DNA of 32,518 nt, taken from assembly GCF_001194135.2 (NCBI RefSeq), contig NC_069000.1:16008650-16041167 (forward strand), given 5' to 3'. The first letter of the stretch is position 1, and each line of letters opens with the position of its first letter. This DNA is from Octopus bimaculoides (taxonomy: Eukaryota). Both the position numbers and the translations under genes were made by a program. The notes beneath the pieces were generated by a model. That model worked only from the letters and a program-made list of their open reading frames with translations. It was not told the DNA's origin and ran no database searches. Shown piece after piece: positions 23,316 through 32,518 of this stretch.

Positions 23316-23364
23316 AGGCAGAAGTATAAGAAGCCATCGTCAGTATAATTATAGCTAACAACAT
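23316..23364 (-). CDS. Gene 2 exon: signal peptide (leader) MLLAIIILTMASYTSA
   Basis: ATG at 23364; hydrophobic core ending in T-S-A; 49 nt; donor T|GTAAGT phase 1, compatible with the acceptor at 21220. Confidence 0.8.
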
Positions 23365-24837
23365 GTTTGAAGTTAACAGGGAAGTATAACGAAGACAGAG
23401 GAAATAGACGTCGGCTCGAAACAACTGAAATATAAGCAAAAGTCATGTTTGATTCAGGTAAAAATTGTGGTTAAAACAGCAAAAGAATAAGAAAACATAA
23501 ACGATGGAATATATATATAAACGTGAATAATCAAGGGAATGAGATTTGAAATGTGAATGAATCTGAGATTATGCATATATCAGTTCCTCTCTCTCTCTCT
23601 CTGTCTTCCTCTCTCTCTCTCTCTGTCTTACTCTCTCTCTCTCTCTCTCTCTTCTTCTTCTCTCTCTCTGTGTCTTCCTCTCTCTCTCTCTCTCTTCTTC
23701 TCTCTCTCCCTTTTGGTCTATCTCTTTGCAATACTGCATGTGTCTATGAATGTGTGTATAAGTTACATATGTGTGTATGATTTGTCTACATATGCATGTA
23801 TATATTTATGTGTGTNNNNNNNNNNNNNNNNNNNNNNNNNNNNNNNNNNNNNNNNNNNNNNNNNNNNNNNNNNNNNNNNNNNNNNNNNNNNNNNNNNNNN
23901 NNNNNNNNNNNNNNNNNNNNNNNNNNNNNNNNNNNNNNNNNNNNNNNNNNNNNNNNNNNNNNNNNNNNNNNNNNNNNNNNNNNNNNNNNNNNNNNNNNNN
24001 NNNNNNNNNNNNNNNNNNNNNNNNNNNNNNNNNNNNNNNNNNNNNNNNNNNNNNNNNNNNNNNNNNNNNNNNNNNNNNNNNNNNNNNNNNNNNNNNNNNN
24101 NNNNNNNNNNNNNNNNNNNNNNNNNNNNNNNNNNNNNNNNNNNNNNNNNNNNNNNNNNNNNNNNNNNNNNNNNNNNNNNNNNNNNNNNNNNNNNNNNNNN
24201 NNNNNNNNNNNNNNNNNNNNNNNNNNNNNNNNNNNNNNNNNNNNNNNNNNNNNNNNNNNNNNNNNNNNNNNNNNNNNNNNNNNNNNNNNNNNNNNNNNNN
24301 NNNNNNNNNNNNNNNNNNNNNNNNNNNNNNNNNNNNNNNNNNNNNNNNNNNNNNNNNNNNNNNNNNNNNNNNNNNNNNNNNNNNNNNNNNNNNNNNNNNN
24401 NNNNNNNNNNNNNNNNNNNNNNNNNNNNNNNNNNNNNNNNNNNNNNNNNNNNNNNNNNNNNNNNNNNNNNNNNNNNNNNNNNNNNNNNNNNNNNNNNNNN
24501 NNNNNNNNNNNNNNNNTGTGTGTGTGTGTGTGTGTATAGTGAGAATTTACAAAAAAAACAAAACAACAGAAAACAAAAGACGAAGACGGGTGTGTAAACA
24601 ACGATCAGATGTATTAGTTTAACGCTTGGGAATTGAGAAGTCTTTTACTTTTCGAGCCTACGCTCTTCGACAGAAAGGAACACAGAAATAAACAGGGAGA
24701 GAAAATAGAAAATAGAAAAAATAGAAAATATATATGTTCACACAAACGCGCGCGCGCGCACATATACCTATTTATACGCATGTATGTTTGTATCTGCGTG
24801 TACTAATCTACAGAAACGTGCACACAGGAAAGAGTAT

Positions 24838-25646
24838 GTGTGAGACAGAGAAATAATAGGAAACAATTACACAACAGCATAGGTGAGCAAAGGATGAATG
24901 AGACGAGAATAAGATTGAGTCGTGGAAGTGAAGAAAATAATATATGACTGTTTTTGATCTTGACTTACAGGCTCAAGTTTAAGTAGTTATCATCAGTTTT
25001 TTTAAAGCAGCATCGTTGATGTTAACAGACAAGCACAAGACAGATGCCGAATAATAGTCGACTCCTAGCAACTAAAACATAACCAAGGTAAAAAATCCAC
25101 TCAATTTTTGCCAGTAAATCTACAGTTTTGCTCTGCAAGATGTGGAGGTTATGTTCGAAGATAATTACGAAAACGATGATAGAATGTGTATGAACGCAGG
25201 CAAACTAATATCGTTCGTATCAGTAAAATCATATAAAACACGTGTTGCCACTACTCATCTAACATTACATATACTTGTGAAAAATATTAAATAGCTTCAA
25301 GGCACAAATGTGATATTTCGTAAACGTTGACGATATTGATGTTCAAGCATGTGGACATTGTAATATTGTGAACAAACGAATAAAAAGCATTATAATTGAA
25401 TAACATTTCGTTAATATTTGCGTAATCAGTCATCTGCTCTTAGTAGTGTTTAATTTATGAAAATAGCACAATAGAAAGTTTGAAAGTTCTGGAACTGGTT
25501 TCTTTCATTTCATTGTTGGTTTTTATATTAAATTTTTGGGTGGAAATAATGTTTTACATTATATGAAAAATGATCATCTGTTTAAAATCATTCCTCAAAA
25601 TGATATGTTTACAATATTTGTTTATGAAAAGCATTTTCTATAATGC
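24838..25646. repeat. Inverted duplication, left arm
   Basis: Reverse complement of 26760-27597 over ~800 nt, e.g. cgtgttgccactactcatctaacattacat vs atgtaatgttagatgagtagtggcaacacg. Confidence 0.9.
24969..25013 (-). pseudogene. Orphan, inactivated leader exon copy in the left arm of the inverted duplication
   Basis: Reads ATG CTG CTT TAA; 45 nt to an intact CCT|GTAAGT donor; mirror copy of 27419-27463. Confidence 0.65.
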
Positions 25647-25974
25647 GTACATTAGTTACAAATGTTTCCGTACCATCTCAATTTGCAACGTTAGCTTAGG
25701 TGAAATTTCTAAAAGACAAATCACGTAATAGTTATGATTTTAGACATTGGAAAAGCACTTCTTCAGATTTGCATCAAAGGTGTGCTATTACATTGTGCGT
25801 CTTTCAGACCTTGTTGTTATGAAAATATATGTATGTAATTGTTCAGTTTTATTTCAAGATTTCTTGCCAATGGAGAAAGAGCCGGTTTCTAACCTAGTCC
25901 CAAGGCTCCTTCATTAGAATTTCAACATCAACAACAGGGAATTTTTTGCTTGTATGTGTATATATTCGTAATGG

Positions 25975-26340
25975 ATAATCAATCCTTTCCCAGTCCCACC
26001 ATACGCACAACATAGTTTTACGCGGATGAATATCTTGTTTCACGCGCGGTGTCGCTTGTTTACCGGAGCTAAGCCATTCTTTACGCTGCTTCATATTGAT
26101 GTACAGGCACCATTTTTCGTCGCCAGTAACGATTCGGTAAAGAAATCGTTGCTTGTGTCCATGAGTTGAGCGGTGACGAGCAAGCAAACCAGCGGAGATT
26201 GTGGCTCGTTGATTTTTGTTGTTGTTGTCACTTAAAGCATGCGGAACCCATGCGCCATACTTCTGAACCTTGCCCATCGAGTGAAGATGCTTCTCTATAG
26301 CAGTGTGGGAGCATTACATTTTCTCTGTCAGGTTTTTATT
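25975..26340 (-). mobile_element. Mariner transposase internal fragment in the spacer of the inverted duplication
   Basis: WVPHAL motif, RIVTGDEKW (first catalytic Asp), PRKTMLCVWWDW. Confidence 0.9.
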
Positions 26341-26759
26341 TTCGTGCTGACCTCCTGATAAAATCATGAATGATTTTATCCTTTATCATATAATTTACAC
26401 ATACACACCCACCCACACACGCACTCACAGACAGACAGCAGACAGACAGACACACACACTCACCACATATATAAGAAGAGAATGCAAAATTTGCATTAAA
26501 AAGGAGATACTATAAACAATTAAAAAATTGTTCATGAATATATCAGTGGTCAAGTATGCTAATAAATATATATATAAAGAGAGAGCGTTTATAATTATGA
26601 TGAAATCATATATATCTGGTGCCAAGCCGTATCGGTCTTTTCCATTCCCTTGGATAACATCGGTGGCGTGGAGAGGGGATTCTGGCGTATGCATGGGCAA
26701 CTGCTGGTCTTCCTTAAACAACCTCAACCGGACTTGTATGTATGTATGTATGTATGTAT

Positions 26760-27590
26760 GCATTATCGAAAATACTTTTCATAAACAAATATTATAAATA
26801 CATCATTTTGTAGAATAAGTTTAAACTGATGATCATTTTTTTTTATATAATGTAAAACATTATTTCCACACAGAAACTTAGTATAAAAACCAACGGTAAG
26901 AAGAAAGAAACCAGTTCCAGAACTTTCAAACTTTCTATTCATACTATTTTCATAAATTAAACACTACTGAGAGCAGATGACTGATTACGCAAACATTAAC
27001 GACATGTTATTCAATTATAATGCTTTTTATTTGTTTGTTCACAATATTACAATGTCCACATGCTTGGACGTCAATATCGTCAACGTTTACGAAATATCAC
27101 ATTTGCGCCTTGAAGCTATTTAATTTTTTTCACAAGCATATGTAATGTTAGATGAGTAGTGGCAACACGTGTTTTATATGATTTTACTGATACGAACGAT
27201 ATTGGTTTGCCTGCGTTCATACACATTCTATCATCGTGTTCGTAATTTTCTTTGTACATAACCTCCACATCGTACAAAGCAAAACCATATAGATTTACTG
27301 GCAATGTCTAGTGGACTTTTCCTCTGAGTCGGACATGTCTTGGTTATATCTCAGTTGCTGGGAGCCAACTATCATTTCAATATCTGTCTTATACTTTACT
27401 TGTCTGTTAATACCAACGATGCTGTTATAAAAATACTGATGATCACCTCTTACACCACGGCCTGTAAGTCAAGACTAAAAAACAGTCATATATTATTTTT
27501 TTCACTTCCACGACTCAGTCTTATTCTCGTCTCATTCATCCTTTGCTTACCTATGCTGTAGTGTAACTTTTTTATCCTATTATTTCTCTG

Positions 27591-27597
<7 letters not shown>
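26760..27597. repeat. Inverted duplication, right arm
   Basis: Reverse complement of 24838-25646; contains the gene 3 leader and ~650 nt upstream of it. Confidence 0.9.
27419..27463 (+). pseudogene. Gene 3 leader exon, frameshifted
   Basis: Homologous to leader 23316-23364 and keeps donor CCT|GTAAGT, but is 45 rather than 49 nt from ATG to donor and reads ATG CTG TTA TAA. Confidence 0.7.
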
Positions 27598-27651
<54 letters not shown>

Positions 27652-27759
27652 ATTATGTTATATTCCATTAGGAATGTGGTAGAGTACAGTATAAAGCTCG
27701 TCCACCTTCAGAATTACCCAGTGCTATCGGTAGTACTATTATATACTTTCAAGTTTGAA

Positions 27760-28518
27760 TTTGGAGATACCATCGTATATTAAACAAGCATACAGTGAAA
27801 ATATCGTACGCAGCATCTAACAACATGGAGTACTACGTACATAAATACAACAATAGGAAAATAAACATGCAAACAACGTCTGTAGACAATGAACATACAG
27901 ATCAAAATAATACAGGATACAGGACCGGTAACAAAAATGAACAAAACAAAAATCACAAAAACTTAGATAATGTCCTTGACAGTTACAATAAGATCAAAAC
28001 AAAAACTGAAAATAAAGAATCAGTAAAAAAGAATGCAACATCAGGAACGCTTTAGTCACCGACAGTCAAACAGAACATTACAAAAACAAAAAGGCACCAG
28101 ATAAATACGAAAATAAAAATAGTACAAATAACTGCACCTGCCGCAAGAAATCCGCATACCTGCTCGTGAACCAATATCTAAAAAAAAACAACAAAAAACA
28201 TAAAACAAAAATATAATATACAAATGCACAATTACCATACCGCAACAAAAATATACATACATAGGTGTCTCAGAAAATCAGTTTAAAGTTCGTTATCGCA
28301 ACTATATCTCATCATTCCGAAAGGTAAACAGACGACACACAACTTCACCCGCAGACCTAATATAGAGATTGCAGGATGGAACGGTCATTAACAAAAAATT
28401 CACACCTACACAATACGCTATCCAGCACATGCGACCTTTGCCTCCTCCTTGGTAAACAAGCATGCTGAGAAAATTCCGATATGTCCCCACCGCGCCAGAT
28501 ATGCATTTTCAAGACTAG
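27760..28518 (+). mobile_element. Penelope-like retroelement remnant (Cys-rich linker + GIY-YIG endonuclease)
   Basis: YHRILNKHTVKISY...NM, NCTCRKK, YIGVSENQFKVRYRNYISSFR (28258), CDLCL, LVNKHAE..ICPHR; many stops and frameshifts. Confidence 0.7.
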
Positions 28519-28529
28519 ACACTGTGCAA

Positions 28530-29075
28530 TAATAATGAAACTTTGCAACAAATATGGACTTAACAGAACAAAAAAGTAGTACGAACATAAACCCGAAGGC
28601 ATCATCGAGAATGATAATGCAAAGATCCTATGGGATTTTATGATTCAGTGCGACCATGAGAATAGGAAGCCAGACAAAGTCTTAATTGAGAAAGAATGCA
28701 AACGATGCTGGATCATATATATAGCATGCCCGGCTGACAACGAGGTATGCGATAAGGAAGAAAGAAAAGTCAATAGATATGACTGGGTAGCTTGGGAAGT
28801 TAAGCGGTTGTGGTCGATGAAAAAAGTGGTAGTAGTGCCAATAATTGTTTGGAGCCCTGGGAAGAGCGAGTAAAAATCTTGAGAAGAACATGGAACAAAT
28901 AGGGGCTGCAATAAGAGTGTGAACACTTGCAGAAAATAGCACTGCTTGGAACCGCTCGAATACTCCGGATGGCGCTCGAAAAATAAGGGGTATTACCTTA
29001 GTTGATTGGTAGTGAACAGTTGGCAGCGTAGTACATCTCCAGCGATAGAAGCTGTGCAAAGACAATAAATAATAA
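28530..29075 (+). mobile_element. RLE-type (R4/Dong-like) LINE 3' fragment
   Basis: YEHKPEGIIENDNAKILWDF.IQ.D...RKPD...IACP.D...KV.RY...EVKRLW...VVPII, then LQKIALLGTARILR*, a 3' UTR and an aataataat tail. Confidence 0.8.
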
Positions 29076-29967
29076 TTATATTTCAGAGAATTTTCTCCCA
29101 CCCCTTTTTTCGCGCCAACTAATACCTTCTTGTTTATATATATATANNNNNNNNNNNNNNNNNNNNNNNNNNNNNNNNNNNNNNNNNNNNNNNNNNNNNN
29201 NNNNNNNNNNNNNNNNNNNNNNNNNNNTATATGCTGCTTTTCATAATCTAATAATAATACTGAATTCAAATTTTGGCTCTAGACGTGCAGTTTCGGTTCG
29301 TGGGAGGTGGGATAAGACAATTACATCGACCCCAGTGCTCATCTGGTACTTATTCTTTTTATCGGTCCCGAAAGGATGAAGTAGTAAAAAATGCTGCTCG
29401 GCATTTCGTCCGTCCTTACATTCTGAGTTCAAATTCCGCCACGGATGATTTTGGCCCATAGCCTTTCGGGGTCTCTAACATAAGCCACTTTTGAGCAGTG
29501 GGGTAAATGCAATCGACTTACCCTTCCACGAAATTGCTGACCTTGTGCCAAAATCTGAAACCAATATTTCTTATAATTTTCATGACATTTTATTTGCCCT
29601 CTAATTTCATTCTTTCATTCGCATTCATTCACCAATCTTTTCTCATATCCCTGCCCCTGTTTTAAGATATTTGCTTCTTTAATTCATGCTTCATTTACAT
29701 TTTATGTTTTGTTCTGCTGTTATTTTTATTCATCATTTTTTGCGTCGACTGCAGACCACTTTTTTGGCTGTTCTCATGTGTTAGTTTTCTTTCCCATTCA
29801 TCTGTAGTTTCATTCTTTTTCTCATCCTGTATTTCTTTGGTTTTCGACCGCTCTTCTTCTTCTTCTTCTTCTTCTTCTCTCCCCTCCTCCTTCTTCTTCG
29901 TTTTCTTCTATAACTAAAATTATATTTTCTTTAAAGATCTTTCTCTCATTTGTTTTACTACTTATAG

Positions 29968-30289
29968 ACGTTGCAATAACAAAAAATGACGCCTGCTAAT
30001 GGTATTTATATTGGTCTGACATCTAAAATGACTATTAAATGTCGGTATAATGTGAAGAACCTTCTTAATTTCAAGCTATTGAGAAACGAAGTTACAGTTG
30101 TATATATGGAATACTACAGGTCCATAAAAAGATTTAAAACAATTGTCAATAAGGATGATTTCGACTGCACTTTAGCTTATTGCAGTAAAGGTGAGGTTAC
30201 TTGCTGGAAACGAAATCCCACTTGCAGAGATGCAACATACTACAACTGTGGCATTATGAAAGAAGTTTCGAAACCTAGGTTTATGAAAG
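29968..30289 (+). pseudogene. Gene 3 V-like Ig exon with +1 frameshift
   Basis: Acceptor tacttatag|, donor AG|GTCAGT, 322 nt (321+1). Removing one A from the A6 run at 29981-29986 gives YVAITKMTPANGI...IKCRY...FDC...VTCWK..PTCRDATYYNC, colinear with the gene 2 V exon. Confidence 0.75.
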
Positions 30290-30599
30290 GTCAGTTTTAC
30301 TACTTTTTTCGCTAATGCAGTTCCATTATTACTGATTTTCAGAAGTGTTGTTTTTATTGCATGCTTTTTCCTGTGCAACTTTACTTTTGTTTTTAGATTT
30401 CTGTTTTTGATTGTGCTGAAAGTAATCTAGAAAATATGTACAGTGTGTAGTTGTGCTATTTTCGGGAGCGTGAAGTGAATGCTTCGCTAATTGATATATT
30501 AGGTGCGAGAAACGTTTAAGGACATATTTGTTAATTTAATAAAACGACACTAATCTAGCGAAAACGAAATGTAGTTCGATAAAAAATTGTGCATGAATT

Positions 30600-31430
30600 C
30601 TCAATAAGTTTTCTTATAAAACTATTCTGTAAATCTTCGATGCGAATCCGGAATTGTTGATATGCCTGCACTAAATGGATCTTATCAATTTCGGACGTCA
30701 CTTAGATAATGCCGGCCTTCAGTGAAGCTGTGGTATTGTGAGGATGTTATTGAGTTCCTCTTTCAGCAATGCTTCAAACGTAGTAGTCCATCTGGCGAGT
30801 TTGGAGGTCACAAGTTTTGTGTTGCATGATTGTAAAGATTACCTGTCATCCATTCTTGGACTACATGGGTTTGTATGACAGTGCAAAAGCTATGTTGAAA
30901 CACATATGGCCTCCCACTTCGTTCGTAACTCATCTATACAGAGCTTAATTAGCTATCCCCAGCGCACCTCAACGCATAAAAAAAAAATCTGCTCATAACC
31001 ATCTGGTCGAAGTTTTTCTCATCAGAGAAGAATCAAAACTAGCCATGTTCGTGAGGGTTTTAAACCTCCTTAAATAACTCTTTGATATGGATCAAACGGT
31101 TTCTCTGTGTATTTTCAGACGTTAATTAGTTTGTCTTCTACTTGGACATCTGATGCTACTTTTATCGCATGCCCTTGTGCACTAAGTTTCCATTCCGACA
31201 CCTGAATTTCTTTGGTGATGGTTCCCATTGATTTTCCGAGATCATCATCGATAAAACTTTGAGCGTGTTTGACGAATTGCCGTGTCCTTATAGTCTCGAA
31301 ACTTTTAGAATGTGTTTTTCTTTATTATAGGTGAAACATTCCAACAAGTAGCTTCCAATTCTATATAAACTTTGTGTACAAAAATATCAGGCATCGTTTA
31401 GAAAGTTGACATTTTCTAAATCACTGTGTT
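30600..31430 (-). mobile_element. Degraded maT/DD37D-like Tc1/mariner transposase
   Basis: *PPNSPD..DYYV....E......HPHNTTASLKA.I...IDK.HL..A..FR.RIE, matching the C-terminal part of maT-type transposases. Confidence 0.65.
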
Positions 31431-32518
31431 CAGCATTGCTTTAATTATAAAGTTAAACATTCGAACACTTAGAAGCAACATCTAACAGAATGGTACAACA
31501 AATTATACATGCGAAGTGTTTGGAGATAAAATTTCGCGAATAATCTATACGGAATGATATGAGAAAAGGTGAGCTGATTATCTTTGTTTCAACCTGGTTA
31601 ATGTTTTTAATTGTTGCTATTTAGCCTCAGATAAGTGAACACACTTAGTTTTAAACATATGTGTGCATTCGTTTTTGCATATGTTTGCGACATGCGTATT
31701 TGTATACTTTTACACGTATATGTGCTTTTTGCATGAGGGTATGCATGTATATTTCTATGGTATTAGTAATTCTGAATGTGCCCAATTTCATTTGTTACTT
31801 CTAACAAATTGGTAACAATAGAGAGCATTAGATCAGAAAATGAGGTAGTCCATACGTTAGAAGAGGCGAACGGAAAAGTCATACGGCGTGATTGCGGTAT
31901 AAATAATCATTGATCATTTCCTCAACGCAAATCACAAACGATGCTTTGTTCATACAAGGGCCTGATCTCTGAAACCCACTGGGTAAAAACCGTTCGACTG
32001 ACAGCGAGTGTATGGACTCAACAAGTATCAAGGCTCCATTTAGGTATGAGACGGACTGCACCGAGCTTGTGAAATGATTCCAGGCGCAACTTACCCTAAA
32101 CGTTTTCAACGAACAATGGATTGGAGATGGTGGACTTTGAATGTTGATCGTCGCTACAATGTACGCACACACGCGCGCGTGCGCACATACACATGTGCAT
32201 ATATATGCATATATATATGTTTATGTATATATATATATATACTAGCAGTATAACCCGACCTTGTCCGGCTGTGTCTTATTATGCCATCTACGATAAGTTT
32301 TGCTAGCTGAAAATCAACTAAAAAAGAAAGCCTTACAACGAAAAAACCCTTATGATGTAAATATGTTCATAATTCAAAAGACGATGAAATTAATAGGGAA
32401 AGTCTGAAGGCTGTTTTGCGTAAAATTATTAAGCATACGTAAATTTCATCCGTGTAATTGGCTATAGAAATGCTTGTGCAAAACAACTTTTTGCGCTGCC
32501 CTGATTATACATAGCAGG

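Noticed and set aside
2893-24622. Numerous long ORFs containing X runs or YI/CV/LS dipeptide repeats
   Set aside because: Artefacts of N gaps and microsatellites
31776-32172. Missing C exon of gene 3 (+), or a terminal exon of a gene to the right (-; DDQHSKSTISNPLFVENV*)
   Set aside because: The plus frames have stops, no suitable acceptor and no Ig Cys/Trp pattern; the minus candidate has a poor pyrimidine tract and no supporting paralog

Overview
Eukaryotic, AT-rich, microsatellite-rich genomic DNA with many N gaps. The tRNA-derived SINEs resemble families I recall from octopus genomes, so a cephalopod source is inferred, not proven. Splice sites read by hand reveal a cluster of three divergent paralogous immunoglobulin-superfamily (IgSF) genes that the ORF track shows only as fragments. 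Gene 1 (minus strand) has a signal-peptide exon 11559-11607, a V-like exon 8424-8744, a C-like exon 7097-7426, and four phase-1 Thr-rich micro-exons (3749-3784, 3184-3219, 1573-1608, 414-434). Each micro-exon sits in its own tandemly duplicated intron unit, and together they build a mucin-like stalk; the gene probably continues beyond the left edge. Gene 2 (minus) has a signal exon 23316-23364, a V-like exon 20897-21220 lacking the B-strand Cys, and a C-like exon 19094-19421 ending in a phase-2 donor or an immediate stop. Gene 3 (plus, head-to-head with gene 2) has a frameshifted leader at 27419-27463 and a V-like exon 29968-30289 with a 1-nt frameshift, so it is a probable pseudogene. An ~0.8 kb inverted duplication (24838-25646 / 26760-27597) carries two dead leader copies. 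The rest is degraded mobile DNA (RTE-like and RLE-type LINEs, a Penelope-like element, several Tc1/mariner lineages, hAT, SINEs), U6 and 28S rRNA pseudogene fragments, degenerate telomere-like repeats and two near-perfect hairpins. Gene models come from splice sites, phase and paralog alignment only; there is no expression evidence.
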